A stretch of DNA of 64,000 bases from a virus: positions 32,001 to 96,000 of the IMG/VR virus record IMGVR_UViG_3300045988_095709, one strand, 5' to 3'. The position numbers and the translations under genes were made by a program. Shown piece after piece: positions 12,051-24,468 of this stretch. The notes beneath the pieces were generated by a model that was not told the origin of the DNA, made no database searches, and saw nothing but the letters and a program-made list of their open reading frames with translations. Every line of letters begins with the position of its first letter. The stretch's first letter is position 1.

Positions 12051-13202
12051 ATGGCAAGAAAAAAAGATAGTCTTTCTGTTTTCGAAGATACATTGAATAA
12101 ATTAGGATATAGTAATCCTGAAATTAAAGAAAATGTAACAAGTCTAGACGACGTTTTAGACAACGAACAGGAAACAGATATAGATGATATAGATGATAAT
12201 CCAGTAAACAAAACTGAGGAAAATAAAGAAGTAGATCCTGAATTAAAAGAAGACAATACTGAAATACCAGAAGGTGTATTTCAAGGTAAAGATCAGGAAA
12301 ATAAAGACGGCGAAAAAAATGCTACAGAAGAACAGACAGAAGAAGAGGAAATAGAAGACATAACAGAAGAAGAATCTTCTCAGGTCGGAGCATTTTTTGA
12401 CGCGTTCGCTGAGTCTTTAGGATGGGATGTTTCAGACGAAGAAAGACCTGATTCTATAGAAGGTCTTATAAGTTACATACAATAGATTGTAGAACAAAAT
12501 TCAAAACCAGAATATGCTGACGAACGAATTCAGCATCTTGACGAATACGTCAAAAACGGTGGAAAGTTTGAAGACTTCTATAACAATATGTCTCAATCTA
12601 TTTCGTATGACGACTTAGACGTAGAGAACGAAACTGATCAGAAACTTGCAGTAAGAGACTACTTAAAGCTTCAAGGTTATACTGAAGAACAAATATCTAA
12701 AAAGATACAAAGATACGAAGACGCTGATGTACTAGAAGACGAGGCTTCTGACGCAATAGAAAGACTGAAAGAAATAAAACAGTTGGAATTAGAAGAGACT
12801 CAGAGACAGCAGCAACAGTATGCAGAAAGACAAAGACAATCTGCAATACAATTCGTATCAGATCTGAATAATAAAATAAGCAATATAACATCTATAAGAG
12901 GTGTTTAGATTCCAAAGCAGGACAGAAAACTTTTGTTTGATTATATTACAAAAGTAGATGCAAATGGAATGACACAGTATCAAAAAGATTTTAATAAGAA
13001 TATGATAAATAATCTTATAGAATCTGCTTATTTTACTATGAAGGGTGATCAATTAATAAATGAAGCTACAAAGACAGGTCAAACTAACGCAGTTAACAAA
13101 CTAAGAAAAACATTAAAACATCAATTTAAAAATCATTCAACTTATAATACACAAGAAGAAAAACAACGTTCATTGATAGATTTAGCGTCAAAATGGATCT
13201 AA
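12051..13202 (+). CDS. scaffolding-like protein, 383 aa, 2 in-frame TAG
   Basis: ORFs 12051, 12588 and 12933 are in one frame, joined by TAG. Very acidic N-terminal half, helical Q/E/R-rich middle, directly upstream of the MCP. Confidence 0.65.
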
Positions 13203-13230
13203 TGAACATATTTAAAAAATCAATTAAAAT

Positions 13231-14751
13231 ATGAATACACTTTTAAACAATCTTCAACTTTATAGAGGACGTCGTTTCTCTGATCTGGTTGATGAAAACA
13301 TGATTTCAAACGCACTATTAACAAAGCCTCATGAGGTTTCAGGTCTTCTTTCTCTTGTATTTGGTACAAAGGATGACGGAGTATCTACAGCTATTGACTT
13401 GATTACTGGAGGTCTTGGTAAAACAATGATTATCGAAAACCGCGAATATGAGTGGTCAGTAATGATCGACAGCGACCATGCGGTTAACATTCGTTATGCT
13501 AAGTATAACGGAAAGGAGCTTACAGATTCAGATATCGATACAGTAACTCCTGGTATTAATGGTTCTCCTATTTATATAGGTCTCGAGGAGAAGTGGTTTG
13601 GACCTGGTGCAATTCTCTCATTCGACGATTATAATTTTCAGGTTCGTGTTAACGGAAAGCCCTATCAGGATGGAAGCACATGGGTATACGAGTGCTACGT
13701 TGCAGACGGATTTGCAAGCTCATATATTCCTGTTGAGTATCTTCTTCCTGGAAGACAGGTTAGCCGTATTGGTAGCGCATACGAAGAGTATAGCGACGAG
13801 GCAGATATCATAAACTATCAGACACCGTTTAAGATGCGTAACAATCTTAACACACTCCGTCTGTCTTATGATATTACAGGTGACGCTTATTCTACAGTAT
13901 TGGCTATCGCTCTGAAGGATCCTGAGACAGGTAAGACATCTTATCTGTGGGCAGATTACCAGTATTGGTTGGCTCTTCGTCAGTGGAAGAAGCGTGAGGA
14001 GACAATGCTTCTGTTCTCTCACTCTAACAGAAATGCTGACGGTACATACGCACTCAAGGGAACTAACGGACGTGTTGTTCCAATTAGCGCTGGTCTGTTT
14101 GAGCAGGTTTCTCCGGCAAATATTCGTTATTACACAACACTGACTGCAGAATTGCTCGAGGATTATCTGTTCGATCTCACATACAATCTTCTCGGAACAC
14201 AGGAGCGCAAGTTTATGGCTCTTACTGGTGAGATGGGTATTCGTGAATTCGATCGCGTACTTCGCGAAAAGGCTGCTGGATTCCAGCTTATTGATACGAA
14301 ATTTATTACTGGCTCAGGTCAGGAATTGACACTCGGTGGTCAGTTTACAACATATAAGATGACAAACGGTATTGAGTTGACAGTTAAGCGTTGTGCTCTG
14401 TTCGACAATATGGAACTGTTCCGTCAGCTCCATCCGATTTCTGGAAAACCGTTGATGTCATACACATTCTTGTTCGTAGATCTCGGACAGCGTGACGGAC
14501 AGGCAAACATCGTTAAGGTTTGTCGTAAGGGTCGTGAGTTTGTACAGTGGGTTACTGGTGGTTCTGTAATTCCTAGCGGATATGCAAACAGCATCAATAC
14601 TCTGCGTTCTAACTCTAGAGATGGTTATCAGGTTCACTTCCTCGGTGAATTCGGTATAATGCTTCGTAATCCTCTGTCTTGCGGTATTCTCTACTGCGAT
14701 GCTGAAGATACAGATATACGTAACGAGGGTAATGCTAACGTAACAGCGTAA
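13231..14751 (+). CDS. major capsid protein, 506 aa, no TAG
   Basis: Uninterrupted ORF with clearly different, GC-richer codon usage (ctg/ctc/cgt/ggt). Size and position after the scaffold-like gene fit an MCP. Functional call rests on synteny. Confidence 0.75.
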   Translation: MNTLLNNLQLYRGRRFSDLVDENMISNALLTKPHEVSGLLSLVFGTKDDGVSTAIDLITGGLGKTMIIENREYEWSVMIDSDHAVNIRYAKYNGKELTDSDIDTVTPGINGSPIYIGLEEKWFGPGAILSFDDYNFQVRVNGKPYQDGSTWVYECYVADGFASSYIPVEYLLPGRQVSRIGSAYEEYSDEADIINYQTPFKMRNNLNTLRLSYDITGDAYSTVLAIALKDPETGKTSYLWADYQYWLALRQWKKREETMLLFSHSNRNADGTYALKGTNGRVVPISAGLFEQVSPANIRYYTTLTAELLEDYLFDLTYNLLGTQERKFMALTGEMGIREFDRVLREKAAGFQLIDTKFITGSGQELTLGGQFTTYKMTNGIELTVKRCALFDNMELFRQLHPISGKPLMSYTFLFVDLGQRDGQANIVKVCRKGREFVQWVTGGSVIPSGYANSINTLRSNSRDGYQVHFLGEFGIMLRNPLSCGILYCDAEDTDIRNEGNANVTA

Positions 14752-14777
14752 TATTTGTTTAAATGATAATGTTCGAC

Positions 14778-14794
14778 AGGGGCGTAAAGCCCCT
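14778..14794 (+). terminator. GC-rich hairpin downstream of MCP (no T-run)
   Basis: AGGGGC-GTAAA-GCCCCT, the only GC-rich element in this spacer. Confidence 0.3.
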
Positions 14795-14831
14795 ATGCCG
14801 ACATTGCAACATACTAATTTAAAAATAAATT

Positions 14832-15584
14832 ATGGTAGTTGAATTAAAGATTAAGAAGAAAAATCCCTGGGCTGGTTTGATAAAATATAAATCGTGTTTT
14901 GATTATATAGCACCTTACTTTACCAGATCCGGGTCGATATATACAGGACTTACTCCTGAAGAAGAAAGAAGATTTGAAAAAGAGTTGGGGTATACAGAAG
15001 GAACATTATCAAAAGAAAGTGACTTCTGGAAAACCTTTGTAGTAAAAGTTGGTGCCAGAGGTCTTTTGTTAGACGATCAGTATCCTAGATAGGAAATGAT
15101 TATAAAGTTCTTAAGTAATCACAAGAGAGTAGCCACATCTTTAAACAAGTTGGATGCTGGAAAAGATTATCTTTTAATCAATAGACAGGCAGAAGCTATA
15201 GAGCAGAATAGAATTAACAAACTTCGTAGAGATGCTATCAAAGAATTTGATAAGTTGTCTTTGGATCAGATGCGCAAATGTTTGCGTATTCTTGGTATCA
15301 AGTCTGATAACTTATCTAACGAATTAGTAGAGTCTACTTTATTTAATATGGTAGATAAAAATCCTAAGTCGTTCTTTAACAAGTGGGTTAATAATAAACA
15401 GAAAGAAACAGAATTCTTGCTCGAAGACGCTATTGCCAAAGGTATTATCAGAAAAGATAGAACTCAGTATTACTACGGATCTGAACTTATTGCTGATAGT
15501 CAGCAAGATGCAATTTCTTATTTGGATGCTAAGAAAAATCAAGATTTGAAACTTTCGATAATGAATTAGATTTCAAATAAATAA
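14832..15584 (+). CDS. hypothetical head-associated protein, 250 aa, 2 in-frame TAG
   Basis: ORFs 14832 and 15096 share a frame and are joined by TAG 15090. A second TAG at 15567 is followed by TAA at 15582. Confidence 0.7.
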
Positions 15585-15593
15585 TATTAAAAT

Positions 15594-16307
15594 ATGAAGC
15601 ATAGTGAGATTTATACAAAGTTTATGATATTGTACGACAAAGAAGAAACAATGTCGTCGTATCCTCCATTAACTGATTATGAAATCGCTACGCTGTTAAA
15701 TAAAGCTTATTTAGCATTAATTGCTTAGAAACTTACAGGAAACAATCCAAGACAGGTAGGTTTCGAAGCAGATATAAAAGCGATTGAAGATATAAGGCCG
15801 TTAATAATTACGCAATCACTTACTTCAATCGAATCTTAGTAGGTTACCGCTAGTAATGAAATATAGTATAATACCCCTGACAACCCTAAGATGTTGTATT
15901 ATATTCAATCTAGTCTGTAGACAAACGACAATAAAGAATCTATAGACGATAAAAATCACAATATGATTCCTACGTTTTTGATTTCGCATGACGATTCAGA
16001 AAGATTTAAAAATTCAAATTACAATTTACCTTGGATAAAAAATCCAGTAGTGTATTTAGAAGGAGACGTTTTGCACGTATTATATGATTCTTACAAAATC
16101 AAAAACCCAGGAAATCTTATAATTACTTATATTAAAGAACCTATTAAGTTTGAAAAAGACGAAAATAATAATTCTGATAATCAGGTTTTTGAACTAAACG
16201 ATAGTATGGCTGAAGAACTTATAAACTTAGCAATCATACTTTCGGCAGAAATAGTACAATCTCCTAGATTTACTAGTAAACTTCAAAGTAGACCATTAGA
16301 ATCATGA
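15594..16307 (+). CDS. hypothetical head/neck protein, 237 aa, 5 in-frame TAG
   Basis: Frame 0 checked. TGA at 16305 overlaps the next ATG (ATGA). Confidence 0.7.
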
Positions 16308-17050
16308 CAACAGAACAAACCAGATAGTTAGGTATAGAATTTGAAAGGAGATTACAACAAATATCTCCGGATTTTGAAATAACAAACAAATTAGATACCG
16401 ATACTATATATTCGTTTTTAAACGAGTATTAGTATAAATACATAAACGATTTATTTCTGTTGGAAGACCAAATAAATAATGGTTCAAAATCTGTAAACAA
16501 AATAAACGATACTATTAAAAACTTAATAACACACAAGACAATATCTGTTCCAGATAGAAATCCAGATACAGATAAATATTGTGAAGTTTTTAAATTACCG
16601 AATGACTATTATTTTTACATAAGATCTACTAGTATAATTGATAAACATTACAAAACTTCTCAAAAATTGGAGCATATGGTGTATGCCCCTAACGTTATGA
16701 TAAAACAATCAGAAGTAGCAAACGTTATCAATTCGTATTGTAATGATGGTGGTATCATAAGAAAACCATTAGTTGTATTAGAAAGTACGTAGAAAGGGTC
16801 TCCGTATATAAAAGTGATACACGATAGATATACACATTTGGATGCTATCGATCTCGTTTATTGCAGATAGCCTTATAACTTTAACGTACTCAATTATGAC
16901 GACGAAGATAAGTCTGATGGTGCTACACATAGCTACTGTGAATTACCATATTCGTGTTTTAACGAATTGGTAGAAGGTGCTATACAATTATACATACAGT
17001 AGTATAAGTACGCGTTACAAAAATCAAATAAAACTGAATCGAAACAATGA
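16304..17050 (+). CDS. hypothetical head/neck protein, 248 aa, 5 in-frame TAG
   Basis: Frame 2 checked. ATGA overlaps at both ends (16304 and 17047). Confidence 0.7.
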
Positions 17051-17742
17051 GATATATAGATATACTGGTTAATTACGAAAGAGAAATTAACAAATTAGAT
17101 AGTACTATAGATAAACCGTCTGTTGACGATTCTTTGTTTTGGTTAAATCAAGCAGTAGGAAAATTCATCAAACAACGCTTTAATGGTGATTTTATACATA
17201 AAACTTCTTACGAACAAACAGAAAAAAGAAGAGCAGATTTAATAAAACTATATAAAGAAAAAATATATAATAAACAAGATATAAAGTACGAAAACAAACA
17301 GCCTTTATATGATGAATATATTGTAGAATTTCCTGAAGATTTTTTATTTACTCTAAATGAAGACGTGATAATATCTGATAATAAAGGAAATAATACTATA
17401 GATACTTGTGTTTTTGAATGTACGCAAGATAGTTTTATGTATAGAATCAATAATAGTCTTACTGATTTTCATTATAGATTTCATAGAGCAAGACCTCTGA
17501 GAATCAGAAATACAGATGGTTGTAAATTATTAACAGACAAAAATTATAAAATATACTAGTATACGCTAGGATATTTAAAAAAACCAACAGAAATAACTCT
17601 TGAAAATCCTTTTATGGAATATGAGGATTTTGAAGATATAATAATGTCAGAAATAATAAAAATCGCCGCTCAGATGTATATAGAAAATACAAAAGACGAA
17701 CGATATAAAACAATTTCTGAAGAAGTTAACACACAAGAATAA
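17047..17742 (+). CDS. hypothetical head/neck protein, 231 aa, 1 in-frame TAG
   Basis: ORF 17047 extended through TAG 17557 to TAA 17740. Confidence 0.7.
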
Positions 17743-17820
17743 TTTTAACGTGGAAAGCCCAGCTAGTTAGGTCTAGTATTAATATAAGAGGGTGAGTAGA
17801 AAAAATTAATTTTAAAATAT

Positions 17821-18879
17821 ATGATAACATACGTAAACACAGTGCTTGTTGGAAAAGGAGCAAGCGCAATTGTAAGCACAGATACAGAACTCGTGCACGA
17901 AAGTAAAGATCTTACCAACGCTGGTAAGTATGTAATAATGGATATCGATAACGGAAAGCTTTTGTCAGCAGATACTGCAAACACAGCAAATAGAATTAAG
18001 ATCGGTATCATTCGTCCTGAAAATACTGCTATTCATCTTTCTGATGGTACAGTTAAGTATCATGACGTAATCAAGTGGTCAAACATAATAAGCAAGGATT
18101 CTATCATTTCTATTAACAGCCTTAAGTATGGTGCTGAGAAGAATACTGAAGAGAAGGTTACTGTAGATTTTTCTAATGTAAACACTCAGGTTATGGCAGA
18201 CTTCGCTAAGGGAGGAAAGAGAATCGTTCTTCGTATTACTTATAAGGATCTTCCTACTAGATATCGTAAGTGGACTGAGTCTTATGAGTATATTACAGCT
18301 CCTGAGGATACTGCAGATACTATTGCAGAGAGTTTTGCTGCTCAGATTAACGGACAGTACAAGAGAGCTAGAGTTACAGCTTCTGCTGCTTCTGGAGTAC
18401 TTACTCTTACAGCAATGCCTTATACAGATGATGATTCTAACGATTCTATCAACTGGGCAGAGACTGTACGTTTCAGTGTAAACTGCTACTTTACAGATCC
18501 TACTGCTGCAGCATTTGCTTCTAAGAACAAGTATGCAATTCTCGGTCTTGAGATCGAAAAGACTCCTGGAAAGAGATATGCTGCTGACGCTAAGCTTGTA
18601 CGTGATCGTGAAGCTAATGCTATGGGTTACGAAGGAATCCTTAACAAGGGATGCTGCACTTGGCCTATCATCAAGCCGGCAATGCAGGTAGATATTACTA
18701 AGAACTACGATGCTATTACATTGGAGTTCGAAAGAATGTATCGTGCTGCAGACGATATTTTCCGTAAGACGAAGGAAAGTATTGAGATCTATGACGTTAC
18801 TGGATCTTTGACAGACGTTGCTAAGGCTATTAAGAATTTCTCAGGAATGACTATAGCCGGAGACGATCTTACAGCGTAA
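17821..18879 (+). CDS. abundant structural protein (function unassigned), 352 aa, no TAG
   Basis: Uninterrupted ORF with MCP-like GC-richer codon usage, followed by a clean terminator. Confidence 0.75.
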   Translation: MITYVNTVLVGKGASAIVSTDTELVHESKDLTNAGKYVIMDIDNGKLLSADTANTANRIKIGIIRPENTAIHLSDGTVKYHDVIKWSNIISKDSIISINSLKYGAEKNTEEKVTVDFSNVNTQVMADFAKGGKRIVLRITYKDLPTRYRKWTESYEYITAPEDTADTIAESFAAQINGQYKRARVTASAASGVLTLTAMPYTDDDSNDSINWAETVRFSVNCYFTDPTAAAFASKNKYAILGLEIEKTPGKRYAADAKLVRDREANAMGYEGILNKGCCTWPIIKPAMQVDITKNYDAITLEFERMYRAADDIFRKTKESIEIYDVTGSLTDVAKAIKNFSGMTIAGDDLTA

Positions 18880-18909
18880 TATTAATTAATGTTTAATGTA
18901 GATGGGGTT

Positions 18910-18941
18910 GGGGTCTTTTGACCCCTATCCTATTTATTTTT
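18910..18941 (+). terminator. rho-independent-type terminator
   Basis: GGGGTC-TTTT-GACCCC followed by a T-rich tract TATCCTATTTATTTTTT. Confidence 0.6.
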
Positions 18942-18955
18942 TAATTACTATTGAT

Positions 18956-20191
18956 ATGAATATAAGAATTGGAAACGATATCAAATTAGAATTTACATTG
19001 AGGGGACCTGAAAATGTGGATTTTCTTAATGTTAAACAAATGCGCTGTTATTTGATAAATACATCTACAGATAATAAAAATTGCGCATGTGATATATTCA
19101 AAAGATTTCCAAGAGAACCATTCCCTCAATTCTATACCCCATCTAAATATACGTTACACGGTTGTGGAAGATTTGAGTATAATGTAAATCCTAGTTATAC
19201 TAAATGTGGGTATGCATTATCTAGCGGATTTCACGACCCTCATTATTGGCCTTGTTATAACGGATTTGGCATAAATCCAGGTCACTTTATAGATTGTCAT
19301 CACGGTCATCATAATTATAAATCCCCTACATATCTAGCACACTCTGAACTATTAGAAGGAGAAAATAAAGCATGTGCATATTTTCCTGCGTGTGAATAGA
19401 TAATGGCTGGTCCTTATAAATTCGTAGTGGTATTGGTATTATACCAAGACGGATGGGGAAAACATAATCTACATACGTATACTATAGATTACGGTACAGT
19501 ATTTAATTTAGTATGTGACGATAGTGGTCAAGACGGAGATATAATTATAAATTTAGACGAAAATATAGAAGACAACAGTATTACCAGAATAGATATTGTA
19601 ACCGATACTTTATATTTAGAAGAAGGTTCTTCTTTGAGTATAGGGCAAAAAGATCTTATGGGAAATACATACGAAATAGATTTATATCTAAACAACGGTA
19701 GTAAGATAAAATATAACCCTTCGGATTCTAAATATATTTTAAATTTTGAATCTGACGACGAAATATTAACTGTTAATTCTAACGGCCAATTATAGGCTGG
19801 ACAAGTAGACGAAGAAAAAGTAGTAATCGTTACTATCACTAGTGACAATGATATTGTTTCTGAATTTACTGTTCATATTTAGAAAAAGCAATCTCAATAT
19901 ATAGGATTTGCAAATACGACAAATGCTCTTGAATTAGATTTCGAATCTGTAGATTCTGAAAGTAGAAAATTATTTACAGAAGTAGATAATATGGAAGGAG
20001 AGCATCATGTTGAAAATTTCAATAGCGGTTATTATTTATGGATAATAAGTACTAAAGAAATAGCTAGTATTAGTTCTAGTTCGTTTAGTGTTCCTTTATC
20101 AGAACCGTAGAGATTAGATAATTATTATTGTTATTATTGTTTAAATTAGCTTATAAATACTGATTTTACTATAAATATAACATTAAAATAA
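18956..20191 (+). CDS. hypothetical tail/fibre-associated protein, 411 aa, 5 in-frame TAG
   Basis: ORFs 18902 and 19403 share a frame. The start was moved to ATG 18956 because the track start lies inside the terminator. Contains a His/Cys-rich segment. TAA at 20189. Confidence 0.65.
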
Positions 20192-20197
20192 TAAATT

Positions 20198-21994
20198 ATG
20201 GAATTTAATGATAATGATGTAAAAGTATTTGGTAAAATTGTATCTATAGCTTCGGAAGGTAAAATTGCAGACACACAATAGATATACGATAGTACATTTG
20301 AAAATGGAGACTTTCAATCTAATATAAATAAAAAATTATTAGATAAAATATAGGAAATAAGTCAAACTGTAACTAAGATTCAGGAAAACATAGAAAAGAT
20401 ATAGGAAGAAGGAATAAAAACAACAAAGAATTATTTTTATACTTCTATAAACAAAGACGAAACTGCTTCTAGTTCAGAAAGAAATAAAAGATCTGTACCT
20501 CGTGCATCTATGTAGGCGATAGTTAATCACATTGATAGTCTAGAAAGGAAATATCCAAGTTAGTATATTTTTACAGGAGATTATATTGTAAACGAACACG
20601 CTACTACAAATGATGAAAATTATATACATTATGATAAAATGTATATATATCACTTTGACAATATGTATAGAATGTATCTTAGTACTTAGGAAATAACTTT
20701 CGACAGATTATCAGAAACAGGAAAAGCTAAAGTAAATCTCAAAGGTATATCTTTTGAATGTGATTCTTCAAATATATAGGAAGAAACTACAACTTGGGTA
20801 AAAGAGGTTTATTTAGACGCAATAAGTGTAAACGAACGTATATAGTCAGAAGACGGTGATATGATGTATAAAAATATATATCGAGTACTTACTGACGATG
20901 GTACGTATAAAAAAATAGAAGATATACTAGGTGTAGATATTATAAATAACGGAGAAGGAAATAAATTTTTATCTGATAATGGACAATATATAGAAATAAA
21001 TTCAGGTGAAATAGAACCCTAGATTTTTACACTTACAGTATAGGCAGATCCTTCTGATTCTATTATAAAATTAAACGATATAGAACAAAACACCATAAGT
21101 GTCGAAAAAGGTTCTAAAGTAAAAATAGAAGTTTCTAAAGAAGGATACATTACTTATTATTAGAGTATAACTGTTAACGAAAATAAAGATTTACAAATCA
21201 AACTCACAAAAGAAAGTGAGATAGTGATAGATAAAGAAGAACTGAATATGAATGTATATAAAGTATGGTTAAAATCGTCTAGTGGAGATCTAGATGAATC
21301 TGCAAACGCTATTATTAAAGAATATTTGGACGAAATAAATACAGGAAATATGGCATTATTGTATATCACTCCTGCGTTTCCTCAGTCTGAACCTGGAATA
21401 AAAGATTATTCTTTAGTTAATTTGTAGTTTTCAAGTACTAGCGGTTTTACCGGATTTGGTTTTTATAAAGATATAGAAACAAGTGATAATGTTGGATATT
21501 TTAAATAGTTTTCTATTAAAATAACAACAAATTCTGAAACATAGAAATATAAAATATCATATTATGGAGAAATTTCAATGGACGCCACAATATTGAACGG
21601 ATATTCTACTGTAAACATACCCAAATAGTATATTTGTGGTATAAATAAAAATGAAGATTCGTATACATTTAGCGGATTCAATAAATCAGAACTTATAGAA
21701 TATATGGATTCTGCTAAAAATCAGGAGGATATAAATATGTACGGACAATCTTACATAACAGTTAGTAGAATATATAACGATGATAGTTGGGAAGTACCTT
21801 ACGATATATATCCAGATATAATAGATAAATCGAAAATAGGTAGTACTGGTACGGTATTGCACGGAGTATCTAAAAATGCAGATACAAACGGTCACAGATT
21901 GGAATTGGAAATAAGCGGATCTACAGATGGAGGAGATGGATATACTATAACAAAATGTCAATATGTAGATCAGAACGGTCAACCGTTAAGTTAA
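20198..21994 (+). CDS. tail fibre protein, 598 aa, about 17 in-frame TAG
   Basis: Frame 2 checked codon by codon. The N-terminal module MEFNDNDVKVFGKIVSIA... is paralogous to the 22038 gene. Confidence 0.75.
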
Positions 21995-22037
21995 TAATAT
22001 GATATATTATTACCAATACTTATAAATAATAATTATT

Positions 22038-22259
22038 ATGGAAATCAAAGAAAACGACGTAAAAGTATTTGGTAGAGTCGTATCTATAGCTATCGACAAT
22101 AAAGTTGCTAGTTCCGAACAAGTTTATGACGACACATTTGAAGATGGAATGTTTCAGTCGGAAATAAATAAGAAATTAGTATAGAAAATAGACGAAATAT
22201 CTATTTCTGGAGGTGTCGAATCTATTAGTAACGACGAAATAGATCAAATTTGTATATAA
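22038..22259 (+). CDS. mini-fibre: 73 aa, N-terminal anchor module plus C-terminal ISNDEIDQICI motif
   Basis: MEIKENDVKVFGRVVSIA... matches the 20198 N-terminus. The C-terminus resembles the end of the 22262 gene (ISNGDIDAICVD). One TAG; TAA at 22257. Confidence 0.6.
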
Positions 22260-22261
22260 TT

Positions 22262-23341
22262 ATGAATTTTTTAGATAAAACAGGTCTCCAATATTTTTGG
22301 GGAAAAATAAAGACATAGATAAATAATAGTTTCGCAGCAAACGATGCGATGACTTTTAAGGGTACAATTGGTACTGGAGGTACAGTAACAGCACTTCCTG
22401 CTACACATAAAGTTGGAGATACATACAAAGTATCTACGGCAGGAACATATGCTGGAGCTAAGTGTGAAATAGGAGACATGATAATCTGTGTAAAAGATGG
22501 ATCTTCTGATACAGCTTCTGATTGGACAATCGTTCAGTCTAACATTGACGGAGCTGTCACAGGTCCTACTAGTTCTACAGATGCTCATGTTGCAGTATTT
22601 AATGGAGCCACAGGAAAGATAATAAAAGACAGTGGTTTTACTATAGCAAAATCTGTACCATCTAATGCAGTATTTACTGATACTACATATTCTGTAGCTA
22701 CTACATCTAAAGACGGATTAATGTCTGCAGAAGACAAGAAAAAATTAGAAGGAATAACCGGTAGTGGAGATTATGTACTTCCGGCAGCTACTTCTACTAC
22801 ACTCGGTGGAGTTAAGATAGGAAGTAATATTAGTAACTCTTCTGGTACGATCAGTATTACTAAACAGAATGTTACAGACGCGTTAGGATATACTCCATTG
22901 CAGACAGCTAGTGATACTAAAGTTACTTAGAATACTCCTGTTTCTACTTCTGGTGATTTTAATATGTTAATGGCAAAAACTGCAGGAAACGTAGCTAATG
23001 AAACAAGCGATGTAAACAAAGCAAGAGCTTTCACATATAACCCAGGAACACAGTGTGTAAAAGTATCTAGATCAGACGAAGGATAGAATACTGATACTGT
23101 AATTCTATCTAGTTAGAACGATTACGAATTGAAATTATCTCCTGCTGGAATAATAATGAATACTGGAGATACTCCTAGATTGACTATCGATTCAGACGGA
23201 GGTACGTTCGATAGTGAATTTACAATAACTGCTGTAAAATTTGTTAAGTCTGGAGGAACATCTTCTCAGCTTTTGGTTGCAGACGGATCTGTTGCAACTG
23301 CGATATCTAACGGAGACATAGACGCTATTTGCGTAGATTAA
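22262..23341 (+). CDS. tail fibre protein, 359 aa, 4 in-frame TAG
   Basis: N-terminus MNFLDKTGLQYFWGKIK. YVLPAATSTTLGGVKIG motif. ORFs 22349 and 23129 share a frame and the gaps were checked. Confidence 0.8.
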
Positions 23342-23354
23342 AAATATTACAATT

Positions 23355-24467
23355 ATGAATTTTTTAGATAAGACCGGACTTTAGTATTTTTGGGGAAAAA
23401 TACAAACATATGTTTTAAATCAACTAGAAGCCATTCCTTTAGCTGGAAAATTTAATAACGGATTAATGTACGCTGGAGATAAATAGTTGATAGATAAATA
23501 TAAATCCATGTGGTAGGATATGTACGGATCTGGTGAAGACGGAAATATGCCATTAAAAAGTATAAACATATCATAGAGTGGTGGAAAATTAGTAATATAG
23601 AGCGGGTCGTAGGATTATTCTACAAGTACAAGTAATATAAAAGAAACAAAAAACATACCGACAGCGACAACATCCGCAGACGGAGCTATGAGTTCTTCTG
23701 ATAAATAGACACTTGATAATTTAAATTCTAAATTATAGGATATAGATTTTAGTAAATATTTTAAAGAAGGAAATATATATACTACTGATGACGAAAGTGT
23801 ATCTTTAGATTTATAGTATCTTAGAGATGTAAAAATATGGTCTTATTCTGGAGGAGAGCAAAAAGCAGCTATATTGGGACATTTTCATTCTGATGTTCCC
23901 GGAAGTAAATTTTCCGTAATATATTAGGACGATACAGCAAATTCCGGACATCCTTTGGTGATAGAAACAATTCCTTATTTTGGAATATTGCTAGGAATGT
24001 CTGAAGGAACTAGTGTTGGTTATTATACAGCAACAAGAGGAACATATTCTACATACATAGGAAGAGGTAATGTTTCGGTATGCGATTCTTAGAGTTCTAC
24101 AGGAATATTAACAGGAAAAAGAGTACAACTCACTTCAAAAGGATATCGTCCTGTTGATAAATAGGGATCTGTAACAATAGACGACACGTGGGCTAAAAAT
24201 AATATGAACAATATAGCTACTTGTGATGCCACTATGGTTGACGCAAAAGTCATAGATATAGATTACGATCATAAAATAGCTACAGTTAGAATAACGATAC
24301 AAGATACAGAGGGGTAGTTTTTTTACGTTAAGACTGGAGGAATCGTAATAGGAGGAACAGCATCTTCAGCGGTAAACGGAGAATATTATGCTAACGTTGT
24401 ATTATAGGTTCCGTACGATAGTAGTGGAAAAGTTTCGTTATACGATAAATACGCAATAACTTGGTAA
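23355..24467 (+). CDS. tail fibre protein, 370 aa, about 17 in-frame TAG
   Basis: Same N-terminus, MNFLDKTGL(TAG)YFWGKI. No track ORF because TAG occurs every ~20 codons. Frame 0 checked codon by codon to TAA 24465. Confidence 0.7.
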
Positions 24468-24468
24468 T

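Noticed and set aside
18902-18955. Track start of the 18902 ORF.
   Set aside because: It lies inside the terminator hairpin and T-tract of the upstream gene. ATG 18956 is the first plausible start.
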